Assembly: GCA_019322435.1 (NCBI GenBank)
Contig: JAHWIR010000004.1
Coordinates: 48,604-112,603 of the forward strand
Length of the DNA: 64,000 bases
DNA from: Candidatus Woesearchaeota archaeon
GTDB taxonomy: Archaea > Nanobdellota > Nanobdellia > Woesearchaeales > WJKL01
Direction of reading: 5' to 3'
Numbering within the stretch: position 1 is the first letter of the stretch; the number at the start of each line of letters is the position of its first letter. Made by a program: the position numbers and the translations under genes. Below, in pieces: positions 18,011 through 26,844 of this stretch. The notes under the pieces are model-generated. The model had not been told where the DNA came from and ran no database searches. It saw nothing but the letters and a program-made list of their open reading frames with translations.

Positions 18011-19473
18011 TTTCTTTTCAATACCTTCACAATACCTTTCTTAGCATCAACTTCAACCAAATCTCCATCTTTCAAGACTTTAGTTGCTATCTTAGTCCCA
18101 ATTATACATGGCTTGTTCATCTCCCTGGAAACAATAGCAGCATGGCATGTAATCCCTCCTTCATCTGTTACAAAAGCAGCAGCCTTCTCCATTGCAATGA
18201 TATAATCAGGCTTGGTCATGCTTGCAACTAATATATCTCCTTCCTTTACCTTAGGCAAGTCAGAAACCGTATAGACAAGTTTAACAACACCTTGAACCTT
18301 TCCTTGTGAAGCTACTGAACCTTTAATTTCTTCTGCTTCTGAAACCTCTTCCTCTCCAACTTCTGACTCTAGTTTTTTAATATCCTCTCCATAAAGAACT
18401 TTTATTTCCCTATTAATACATGAAAATGCATAATCCATCTTTCTCTTTTCAATCAGCTCTTTGTTCAGTTCTTTGCCATCCAAAAAATCTATTATTTCTT
18501 GATAGAATAACTGGAACATTTCTGTATAGCCCATACCCATCCTTTTGGCTATTTCTTCAAACAGGTTCTTAACAATATATTCAGATCTAAATATAATGTC
18601 CAATCTAAAAGACCTAAAATAAACAAGCTCTCTGATTCCTTCAATCAGCAATATTTCATCATCACTAAGATTAAGCTTCTTTGCTGCTTCCTTAACCTCT
18701 TCTTCTCTTTTCTCCCTTATCTCATTAACTTCTTTAATCCTTAAATCTATATCATCACCAATCATATCTTTTAATCTGACAGCAATATCTTCTCTGCCCC
18801 AGAATTTGCCCTCATAACCCATATTTCCCAGCCAGCTAAATTCTTCTAAATGGTTGTCTAGTAATTTTCCTAGTTCTTCAGTTATCTCTCCTTTAACTAA
18901 AGAGTCAGTTAAAGAAGAATCTTGTTTTATTTTTTTTAACAATGCTAATAATTTCTGATTTTCCTGTTCAAAAAATCCTATTTTTGAAGGAGAAGTAAAC
19001 AGCAAGAAATAATCCTGGAATTCCTTTTCATCTTTAATCTTTTTATTGAGAATATTCTTTAATTTTTCAGTTACAATTATTTCTTCCTGCATAACTGTTT
19101 GTACATATGCTAAGATCTTTAGTACATAATCCATATAAGGGGAGAATAAATCTTTCAATTCTGCATTAGATAAATTAGAAATATCTTTTTCCCTAATCTC
19201 TTCGCACAAATCATTAAATTTCCCAATAAGTTTATATGCATCCTGCATAAAATTCTTTAGGAAATATTTATCTTCTTCTAATCGATCTTGTATACGTTTC
19301 CTAATGCTAATTAATTCCTCCTTAACACCATACCAAACACTATTAACAAAAATAACATTTTGATTAGTATAATCAATATCAATTAGTTCATTATACTTTT
19401 TTACCAAACCTTCCAAGATAACCATATTAAAAAAAGGACTTCTCTTCCTTTTCACCATCTTAATCCATTTCAC
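18007..19473 (-). CDS. protein with C-terminal PEP-utilising-enzyme mobile (phospho-His) domain; N-terminal 370 aa uncharacterised
   Basis: The C-terminal DILVASMTKPDYIIAMEKAAAFVTDEGGITCHAAIVSREMNKPCIIG matches the His-phosphocarrier swivel domain of PPDK, PEP synthase and rifampin phosphotransferase. Confidence 0.6.
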   Translation of the reverse strand: MKWIKMVKRKRSPFFNMVILEGLVKKYNELIDIDYTNQNVIFVNSVWYGVKEELISIRKRIQDRLEEDKYFLKNFMQDAYKLIGKFNDLCEEIREKDISNLSNAELKDLFSPYMDYVLKILAYVQTVMQEEIIVTEKLKNILNKKIKDEKEFQDYFLLFTSPSKIGFFEQENQKLLALLKKIKQDSSLTDSLVKGEITEELGKLLDNHLEEFSWLGNMGYEGKFWGREDIAVRLKDMIGDDIDLRIKEVNEIREKREEEVKEAAKKLNLSDDEILLIEGIRELVYFRSFRLDIIFRSEYIVKNLFEEIAKRMGMGYTEMFQLFYQEIIDFLDGKELNKELIEKRKMDYAFSCINREIKVLYGEDIKKLESEVGEEEVSEAEEIKGSVASQGKVQGVVKLVYTVSDLPKVKEGDILVASMTKPDYIIAMEKAAAFVTDEGGITCHAAIVSREMNKPCIIGTKIATKVLKDGDLVEVDAKKGIVKVLKRK

Positions 19474-20183
19474 TTAAACCTCTCCTCCAATTTCTTCCTT
19501 AACTTATCTCCAATAAATTCTCCTTTGAAATAATCAATCCTTGCAGCCATTGAAATCTTATCAGCCAGAACTCTTGCAGCTTTTCCCTTATCTTTAGCAC
19601 CAACCTGTGCAACAATAGGATGTTCATGAATAATTCCATGCTTAGGAGCTCTTGCTCCAGTCTTCATATGTCTAAACAATGCTTTCTCAGCTCCCAATAA
19701 CTGCACTGTTGAAGATGGAAATCCAACTAATCTTTTCAAATCTCCAGCAATTGCAATCAATCTTGCTCCAATAAGAGCTCCAGCAACAGCAGTTATATTT
19801 GGACAGTTCTTCTGCATAACTTTCTCAAGATATTCTTCCTGCTTTTCCTTTAGCTTAAACAAAGATTCAATCTCTTTAGCTAACTCCATAATAGGCTTTA
19901 GATCCTCTTTGCTCAGTTCAGCTCCCATTGAATCCTTAATTTTCTTGTCTTTTCCATTAATCACAGCTAAAACAAACTTCTCATGATCATAAACAGCCCT
20001 GGAAAACTCTGGATTAGACAGTTCATACCATTCTCTTAACCTTTTAGCCAAAGTATTGATATTCCGATTAACCTCATCAATGTTATTTATAGCTTGAACT
20101 ACAAAATCATCAAATTTTACAGCTTGTTTAAGCTTTTTCTTGGTTTCTTCAAGATTCTTCTTATAGTACTTCTCAAAACCCAT
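19470..20183 (-). CDS. nop5: Nop5 (Nop56/58) box C/D sRNP protein
   Basis: Nop domain ITAVAGALIGARLIAIAGDLKRLVGFPSSTVQLLGAEKALF...GARAPKHGIIHEHP. Confidence 0.8.
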   Translation of the reverse strand: MGFEKYYKKNLEETKKKLKQAVKFDDFVVQAINNIDEVNRNINTLAKRLREWYELSNPEFSRAVYDHEKFVLAVINGKDKKIKDSMGAELSKEDLKPIMELAKEIESLFKLKEKQEEYLEKVMQKNCPNITAVAGALIGARLIAIAGDLKRLVGFPSSTVQLLGAEKALFRHMKTGARAPKHGIIHEHPIVAQVGAKDKGKAARVLADKISMAARIDYFKGEFIGDKLRKKLEERFK

Positions 20184-20266
20184 ATTCCTGAAAAACTCTG
20201 AAATGTATATAAACCTTATGAAATTGCACAGAAAAACTTAAATAATGCAGTAATATAATCCAGAAT

Positions 20267-20803
20267 ATGATTGAAATTAAGTGTATTGGGCGTGGAGGCC
20301 AGGGAGCTGTAACTTTCTCGCAGATATTAGCTATAGCTGCATTTGAAGAAGGATATCCAGTTGTCCAGGCAATGCCTAGTTTTGGCGTAGAGCGTAGAGG
20401 TGCTCCATCATTTTCCTTCACTCGCATCTCAAAAGAGCAATGTTTCGGAATCCGTTCACAGATCTACACTCCTGATTATGTTGTTGTATTAGACCCTTCT
20501 TTAATGAATGAACTTGATGTAGAACAAGGATTAAAGAAAAAAGGCATGCTAATAGTAAATACAAATAAAAAACTAATAAAAAAAGATATTGAAGTTCATA
20601 CAGTTGATGCTTCAACAGTTGCTATGAAATTATTCAAAAAAGATATTGTAAACACTGCAATGCTAGGAGCATTTGCAGCTGCAACTAAACTAGTCTCATT
20701 AGAATCCTTGAACAAAGGAGTTGAACAGAGATTCAAAGGAAATGCAAAACTCATTGAATTGAACAAAAAAGCAATAAAAGAAGTTTATAATAAATTAAAA
20801 TGA
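20267..20803 (+). CDS. porG: pyruvate:ferredoxin oxidoreductase gamma subunit
   Basis: MIEIKCIGRGGQGAVTFSQILA...SFGVERRGAP. Confidence 0.85.
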   Translation: MIEIKCIGRGGQGAVTFSQILAIAAFEEGYPVVQAMPSFGVERRGAPSFSFTRISKEQCFGIRSQIYTPDYVVVLDPSLMNELDVEQGLKKKGMLIVNTNKKLIKKDIEVHTVDASTVAMKLFKKDIVNTAMLGAFAAATKLVSLESLNKGVEQRFKGNAKLIELNKKAIKEVYNKLK

Positions 20804-20943
20804 AAGTACAAGCATGCCCAAAATGCAAATCAGTTAATATTTACTATGAGGCTGCAGGAACTTTAGACAAAAGAGGAAAATGGGTTTGTAAAGATTGCGG
20901 ATATATTGGCCCATTAATATTAGAAAAAGAATGGAAAAAATAA
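20800..20943 (+). CDS. small zinc-ribbon protein (47 aa) embedded between porG and porD, below ORF-track cutoff
   Basis: MKVQACPKCKSVNIYYEAAGTLDKRGKWVCKDCGYIGPLILEKEWKK; ATGA overlaps the porG stop and the reading frame overlaps the porD start. Confidence 0.4.
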   Translation: MKVQACPKCKSVNIYYEAAGTLDKRGKWVCKDCGYIGPLILEKEWKK

Positions 20944-21206
20944 AAATAACCACAGGAGCTGTAATAACAGAGCCAGGCTCTAGCATAAAAAACAAAACAG
21001 GCGGCTGGCGCTCAGAAAAACCAGAGATTGATAGAGATAAATGTATAAAATGCGGAATCTGCTGGCAGTTCTGCCCAGACATAGCAATTAAGATGAGAAA
21101 AACAGATGGAAAAGCAGATGTTGATTATGATTACTGCAAAGGATGCGGAATCTGCGCAATGCAATGTCCTGTAAAATGCATCAAGATGCTCAAAGAAGAA
21201 AAATGA
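20931..21206 (+). CDS. porD: pyruvate:ferredoxin oxidoreductase delta subunit (2x[4Fe-4S] ferredoxin)
   Basis: CIKCGICWQFCP and CKGCGICAMQCP. The track ORF starts at 20895; MEKIKITTGAV at 20931 is the more likely start. Confidence 0.8.
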   Translation: MEKIKITTGAVITEPGSSIKNKTGGWRSEKPEIDRDKCIKCGICWQFCPDIAIKMRKTDGKADVDYDYCKGCGICAMQCPVKCIKMLKEEK

Positions 21207-21550
21207 ACAAGAACATATTAAAAACAACAGCAGTGATTGGAATTGCTCTTTCAACATACTTTTCAGTAAAAGGCTCAATGAATAATGGATGGTTCAGCTG
21301 CATGAATCTTACAACAGTCAGATCCTGCACAGTCCTTGGCTGGATATTGCAGGTAATAATACTTTCACTTATTTTCACAGCAATACTTATTGGAATAAGT
21401 TATGGAGTAATGTATTTGTTCAAATCAATAAAAAAACAAGAATCTAAAGAAGAAACTCCAGGTACCCAGACAAAGGCCACATCTTCGCCTGAAGAGGAAA
21501 AGGAAGAACCTAAAGAAGAAAAAAAACCAGAAAAGGTAGTTAAAATATGA
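21203..21550 (+). CDS. small membrane protein with Lys/Glu-rich tail, inside the por operon
   Basis: ATGA overlap with the porD stop; MNKNILKTTAVIGIALSTYF and a second TM; same frame as track ORF 21143-21550. Confidence 0.45.
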   Translation: MNKNILKTTAVIGIALSTYFSVKGSMNNGWFSCMNLTTVRSCTVLGWILQVIILSLIFTAILIGISYGVMYLFKSIKKQESKEETPGTQTKATSSPEEEKEEPKEEKKPEKVVKI

Positions 21551-22695
21551 CAGAAAAAAAAGTAATTGAAGCATCAGAAGCAGTTGCAATTGCAGCTAAA
21601 CTCTGCAGGCCAAAGATAATGGCAGTTTATCCTATCACTCCTCAAACCCACATTCCAGAACGTGTTGCTGACTTTGTCTATGATGGAGAGATGGATTGTG
21701 AATTGATAGATGTTGAATCAGAACATTCTGCTTTGTCAGCTTGTTTAGGAGCACAAGCAGCAGGAGTCAGAACATTCACAGCAACAGCTTCCCAAGGACT
21801 TGCCTTGATGCATGAGATGTTATTTGCAACCTCTGGTATGCGTTTGCCAGTTGTGATGGCTGTAGCCAACAGGGCTTTATCAGCTCCAATCAATATCTGG
21901 AATGATCATCAGGATTCTATCTCAGCTAGAGACTCTGGCTGGATACAGCTCTATGTTGAATCAGCGCAAGAAGCCTTAGACACAACTATCATGGCTTACA
22001 AAGTTGCTGAGAACAAAGACATATTAACTCCAGCAATGGTCTGCTTAGATGGATTTACCTTAACCCATGTCTATGAACCAGTTCAAATCATGGATCAAAA
22101 AGATGTTGACGCATTCCTTCCAGCATACAAGCCATTATTCAAGCTTGACCCAAAAAAACCAGTTTCAATGGGTCCAATCGGCTATCCAAACAGCTACATG
22201 GATTTCAAGCTCCAACAGAATCAAGCAATTAAAAAATCACTATCAGTAATCAAGCAAGTTCAAGCAGATTTCTATAAAAAATTCAAAAGAACCTACGGCA
22301 ACGGGCTGATAGAAGCCTATAAAACAAATGGAGCAGAAATAATTATTGTTGCAATGGGAACAGTCTGCTCAACAACAAAAGATATAATAGACGAACTGAG
22401 AAAAAAAGGAAAGAAAGTCGGCTTGATAAAAATAAAGACATTCAGGCCATTCCCAGAAGCAGATATCATAAATGCAGCTAAAGGTGCAAAAGCCCTTGCT
22501 GTCTTAGACAGGAACATCTCATTAGGCCAGGATGGAGCATTATATTCAGAAATAAAAGCAGCATTAAAAGACTGCAGCATAATAGTCAATAGCTTTATTA
22601 TTGGATTAGGAGGAAGAGATGTAACACCAGACACAATAAAAACAGCTATAGACAAATCAAAATCAAAAACACCAATAAAAGAATGGTTGCTATAA
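21547..22695 (+). CDS. porA: pyruvate:ferredoxin oxidoreductase alpha subunit
   Basis: 382 aa; canonical PorA N-terminus (EAVAIAAKLCRPKIMAVYPITPQT). Confidence 0.9.
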   Translation: MTEKKVIEASEAVAIAAKLCRPKIMAVYPITPQTHIPERVADFVYDGEMDCELIDVESEHSALSACLGAQAAGVRTFTATASQGLALMHEMLFATSGMRLPVVMAVANRALSAPINIWNDHQDSISARDSGWIQLYVESAQEALDTTIMAYKVAENKDILTPAMVCLDGFTLTHVYEPVQIMDQKDVDAFLPAYKPLFKLDPKKPVSMGPIGYPNSYMDFKLQQNQAIKKSLSVIKQVQADFYKKFKRTYGNGLIEAYKTNGAEIIIVAMGTVCSTTKDIIDELRKKGKKVGLIKIKTFRPFPEADIINAAKGAKALAVLDRNISLGQDGALYSEIKAALKDCSIIVNSFIIGLGGRDVTPDTIKTAIDKSKSKTPIKEWLL

Positions 22696-23597
22696 AAGAG
22701 ATTGCAGGACTTCCAGAACAAGAGCATGTTGCTCAAGGACATAGAGCTTGCGCAGGCTGCGCTTCAATATTAGCAGTCAGACATGCATTAAAAGCAGCTG
22801 GTAAAGATGTTATCATAGTTTCAGCAACAGGCTGTATGGAAGTCGTAACTTCTCCATATCCTCAGTCAGCTTGGAAAGTTCCTTGGATACATGCTACATT
22901 TGAAAACGCAGGAGCAGTTGCATCTGGAATTGTAGAAGCTCTTAAAAAACAAGGAGATGAAAAGACCAAAGTCCTGGCTATAGTAGGAGATGGAGGAACA
23001 TTTGACATTGGCCTCCAGTCATTGTCAGGAGCAGTTGAACGCAACCATGACTTCTGCTATGTCTGCTATGACAATGAAGCTTATATGAATACAGGCATTC
23101 AACGTTCAGGCTCAACCCCAAGATATGCAGCAACAACCACATCACCAGCAGGAAAAGCAATCCATGGAAAGATTGAATGGAAAAAACACCTGCCTCTGAT
23201 AATGGCTGCGCATAATGAAGATGTCTATGTTGCAACAGCAAACATGGCTTATCCTAAAGATTATTACAACAAAGTCAAAAAAGGCCTTGAACATAAAGGC
23301 CCTGCTTATATCCAAGTACTAACTACTTGTGTTCCTGGCTGGAAAGTTCCGTCCAACATCTCAATTGACCTGCTAAAGCTGGCATACAAAGCAAAGATCA
23401 CTCCATTGTATGAGATAGAAAACGGAATTCTCAAATTTACTCAAAAACCAGAATCAACAATCCCTGTTGAAAGGTATCTTCTGCTCCAAGGCAGATTCAA
23501 GCACTTGAACAAACAAGAAATAGAAGAGATCCAAAAGCATGTTGATGAAGAATACGCTAAATTAGAAAAATTTGAAGAAACAGGAGTTAAGATTTAA
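22683..23597 (+). CDS. porB: pyruvate:ferredoxin oxidoreductase beta subunit (TPP-binding)
   Basis: GCMEV...GDGGTFDIG (TPP motif GDG-x-N) and CAGC; 304 aa. Confidence 0.9.
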   Translation: MVAIKEIAGLPEQEHVAQGHRACAGCASILAVRHALKAAGKDVIIVSATGCMEVVTSPYPQSAWKVPWIHATFENAGAVASGIVEALKKQGDEKTKVLAIVGDGGTFDIGLQSLSGAVERNHDFCYVCYDNEAYMNTGIQRSGSTPRYAATTTSPAGKAIHGKIEWKKHLPLIMAAHNEDVYVATANMAYPKDYYNKVKKGLEHKGPAYIQVLTTCVPGWKVPSNISIDLLKLAYKAKITPLYEIENGILKFTQKPESTIPVERYLLLQGRFKHLNKQEIEEIQKHVDEEYAKLEKFEETGVKI

Positions 23598-24271
23598 CCT
23601 TCAACAACACTGCCAACAAATTCTTTCCCATCCAAAAACTTCTTCAGATTCCTTAATTTCCTTCCTAACAGCACTAATCTCAATTTCAGCTTCTGAGCTT
23701 CTTTTGAAGCAATTGGATCAAAAGGAACATTCATTCCAGGGCTCCACTTATTGCCAACTATCTTTCTAAATCCTTTCCAGTCTATCTTCTTGACCTTTCT
23801 GGCATTCAGATGCTTGGTAGGATCTTTAGTATAAAGCCAGTCAATATTTGTCAGATTAATCACAGTCTTGGCACCATAAGCCTTTGCCAATAAGACAGCA
23901 TCATAATCAGTGCTGCACCCAGGCTTCCATCCAGCTGCAATCAGCACCTTGTCAAACTTTACTTTCTTAGTAGGATTCTTGACCATTGCAGGCTTGGCAA
24001 CATCTCTGAATACAGTCCTCAACAGATGCCCGTTCAATCTTGTTGTATGAATCCCCAGCCAGTCCAGATCTTCATTAGGAACAGCAATAACAGAAGAAGC
24101 AGCATGCATGTATCTTCTGCAGGTCTTTCCTCCGCCTGTTATCAGTACAAACTTATATTTTCCTAAATAGCTTTTAATCAATGCTCTAAATTTCTTCAAG
24201 AATCTGATATCTACTTGGTCAGGAACTAAAACACTTCCACCAACAGATATTACTACAACCTCTCTTTTCAT
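23594..24271 (-). CDS. pyrH: amino-acid-kinase family protein, probably archaeal UMP kinase
   Basis: VVISVGGSVL, ITGGGKTCRRYMHAAS, LGIHTTRLNGHLL; 225 aa fits archaeal PyrH. Confidence 0.5.
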   Translation of the reverse strand: MKREVVVISVGGSVLVPDQVDIRFLKKFRALIKSYLGKYKFVLITGGGKTCRRYMHAASSVIAVPNEDLDWLGIHTTRLNGHLLRTVFRDVAKPAMVKNPTKKVKFDKVLIAAGWKPGCSTDYDAVLLAKAYGAKTVINLTNIDWLYTKDPTKHLNARKVKKIDWKGFRKIVGNKWSPGMNVPFDPIASKEAQKLKLRLVLLGRKLRNLKKFLDGKEFVGSVVEG

Positions 24272-24342
24272 TTTATGTAGTGAAATGGAAAGTTTGTTCG
24301 GCTTTGCCGAACTTTATTTTTGCCATTCTAAACATCAAAAGC

Positions 24343-25935
24343 TTACTCTTTTAATAATATTTCTATTACAGACGCATAGGCAGGCCTTGCGACAAACACT
24401 CCGATTGAAACTCCAACCAGTGTAGTCAGGGCAAATCCTTTCAGCAGCCCAGCTCCTGCAAACAGCAATGGCAGCATTGCAACAACAGTTGTCAGATAAG
24501 CAGCCATTATTATGAAAAATGCATTCTTTATCCTTTTTTTCCAGTCAAATATCTGGCTCACTTCTCCTCTAAGAGTTTCATCAGTGATGACAATCAGATG
24601 GTCAACCCCTGTTCCAACTACAATTATTATTCCAGCAATAGCAGCCAGATCAAGAGTCATGAAATTCCTTGCAAATGCTGCAAACCCGACCAATAAAACA
24701 ACTTCAACCAATGATGTCAGGATCATAGGTACTGCAATCTTTACTCTCTTATACCTAATAAAAGAAACCAATCCCACAGCAGCTATTGCCAACAACCCGA
24801 TAAATATTGCATTCTTTAGATACGCCTCTCCAAACAAAGGACTGATTGTATCTGTTTTCACAACATCCAGCCTTATCGGCAAACTTCCTGTGATCAATAT
24901 TGTCTGAAGCCTTTTCATATTATCCAGTGCATTGGCAATCGCAACTCCTTCTGATGTCCCTACACCGCTTCCAGAGATCTGGATATCTGTTACAGCCCTT
25001 CCTTTCAAATCAGCTCCAATATTCAATTCATCCACCTTAGAATCATCTAGATACAGTTCTAATTTAGAGCTCAGATACTCATCTCCATCACCACTAACAA
25101 TTTCCAAATCTTTTGTAGCTTCAGCCTGTCTTTCAGCAGCCTCAGGACTTAAAGAGATTGCAAACCTGAATCTGCATGTCCATTGCCCGCCTTCTACTTG
25201 CCCGCATCCATAGTAAGGGTCAACTCCAGCGCAGTCAGCGCTTCTGCAGACATAAGTTATATCCTGGCCTCCTCTAAACACAGATTCATTTCCAATTTTA
25301 GCTTCAAATTTTCCTTGCTTAGACACCAGCTCTTTAACTTCCTCTTCCTTAGCTCCAGGAATCTCAATCAATATATACTGGTTCCCAGATAAATCCCCTG
25401 CTTCCCTGACAACAATATCACTTAATCCATAGACATTGATTCTCTGCTTGATGTTTGCCAATAAAATACTCAATTCATCCTTATCCAGCTCTTTCTCAGG
25501 CTGCATCAATACTCTAGTCCCTCCTTGCAGATCCAGTCCTTTCTTTATATTATTTGTAGGAGCATCATACACCACAAGCCCCAAACTTTCATTAGCCCTT
25601 GTAACAAGCTTGTACAGTTTCTCATTTGTCCGAAGATTGATTGTCCTGTTTGGCTTTAAAGAAGATTCAACAACAGAATAATCCTCTAAATCTCCTATCT
25701 CTTTATTATTAATAGCAAGAACAATCTCTCTGCTCATAGGTGCAACATCTGGTTCAGGACTTTTGATTCCAGCATCAGCTGCAGAAGAATTAAAAACAAC
25801 GCTTCTTATTGCAGCGCCTTTAGCACCCAGGTTAGGATGGATAGCCACTACAGCTAAAAGCACAGCTATCAAAACAACAATTATCCTTACATTTGTAAAT
25901 ATCTTCTTAATCTTCCCCATGTTTCTTCCTCTCAA
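24343..25935 (-). CDS. secD: protein-export membrane protein SecD
   Basis: 530 aa; N-terminal TM, large periplasmic domain and a C-terminal 6-TM RND-like block. Confidence 0.85.
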   Translation of the reverse strand: MRGRNMGKIKKIFTNVRIIVVLIAVLLAVVAIHPNLGAKGAAIRSVVFNSSAADAGIKSPEPDVAPMSREIVLAINNKEIGDLEDYSVVESSLKPNRTINLRTNEKLYKLVTRANESLGLVVYDAPTNNIKKGLDLQGGTRVLMQPEKELDKDELSILLANIKQRINVYGLSDIVVREAGDLSGNQYILIEIPGAKEEEVKELVSKQGKFEAKIGNESVFRGGQDITYVCRSADCAGVDPYYGCGQVEGGQWTCRFRFAISLSPEAAERQAEATKDLEIVSGDGDEYLSSKLELYLDDSKVDELNIGADLKGRAVTDIQISGSGVGTSEGVAIANALDNMKRLQTILITGSLPIRLDVVKTDTISPLFGEAYLKNAIFIGLLAIAAVGLVSFIRYKRVKIAVPMILTSLVEVVLLVGFAAFARNFMTLDLAAIAGIIIVVGTGVDHLIVITDETLRGEVSQIFDWKKRIKNAFFIIMAAYLTTVVAMLPLLFAGAGLLKGFALTTLVGVSIGVFVARPAYASVIEILLKE

Positions 25936-26821
25936 TAAACCATCTCAAGATTCCTGCATTCTGTATCCATGTATTGATCAAGTCAACAACCAATCCAATC
26001 AGCAATATTGTCATGATCTGAATAAGAACTTCTGACTGGGCAAATATCAAAGCAACCACAACAGCTGCGATAGTAGTGACGCTCATGGTAAAGCCGGTCT
26101 TCATTGCATTGAATACTCTATCAAGCACACTGCCTTCTTTTCTCTTCAATACCTTTGTGCTCAACAATATATTAGTATCAACACTGTATCCAATCAGCAT
26201 CAGAAATGCAGCAAGTCCAGCAGTGCTTAATTTTATTCCCATAAGATTGACAATCGCTAATGTAACAATTATATCTGAAAAAGCAGACAATATCACAGCC
26301 AAACTTGGAATCGGAACCCTAAAATACAAGAACACAACAATACCCATAAACAAGAATGCCAGGATCAATGCTCTGAATGTCTCTTTGAAAAAACTTGCTC
26401 CCAAGCTTCCGCCCATGCTTCCAACACTAAAATCTTCTCTGTCAACATCTAATCTCTCCTCAAGAACTCCAAGAAGCTCTTCTGCTTCAACATCACTTGC
26501 CTCAATAACAACTCCAACCTGGGCTCCTTCCTCTGACAATGACCTGACAGAAGTATCAGCTCCTGGAAACTCATCCGCTAGAAAATTCTGAAGAGCTATA
26601 ATATCTGCATCAGTCTCAACACTTACAGTCAATCCTCCTTTCAGGCTGACTCCTTTATTCAAGAAATCTCCAGTGCTTGCAAACTGCATCCCAATCTGCA
26701 AAATTGCCAAAACAAACAATAAGATAGGGATGATCAGTAATCTTTTATACTGTTTCCTATATATTTTCTTCAAGAAATTTTCTTTATGTTCTTCCTCTTC
26801 CACCTTAAGAACAAAAAACAT
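25907..26821 (-). CDS. secF: protein-export membrane protein SecF
   Basis: 304 aa; SecF topology and adjacency to secD. Confidence 0.85.
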   Translation of the reverse strand: MFFVLKVEEEEHKENFLKKIYRKQYKRLLIIPILLFVLAILQIGMQFASTGDFLNKGVSLKGGLTVSVETDADIIALQNFLADEFPGADTSVRSLSEEGAQVGVVIEASDVEAEELLGVLEERLDVDREDFSVGSMGGSLGASFFKETFRALILAFLFMGIVVFLYFRVPIPSLAVILSAFSDIIVTLAIVNLMGIKLSTAGLAAFLMLIGYSVDTNILLSTKVLKRKEGSVLDRVFNAMKTGFTMSVTTIAAVVVALIFAQSEVLIQIMTILLIGLVVDLINTWIQNAGILRWFIERKKHGED

Positions 26822-26844
26822 TATTTTATTTAAAAGTCTTTTGA

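Noticed and set aside
20895-20930. porD start at 20895 as in the ORF track
   Set aside because: MEKIKITTGAV at 20931 matches typical PorD N-termini, and the upstream region encodes a zinc-ribbon ORF in another frame. This remains uncertain.
24512-26591. plus-strand ORFs within secD/secF
   Set aside because: Antisense to the secDF membrane-protein genes; Ser/Thr/Ile-rich artefacts.
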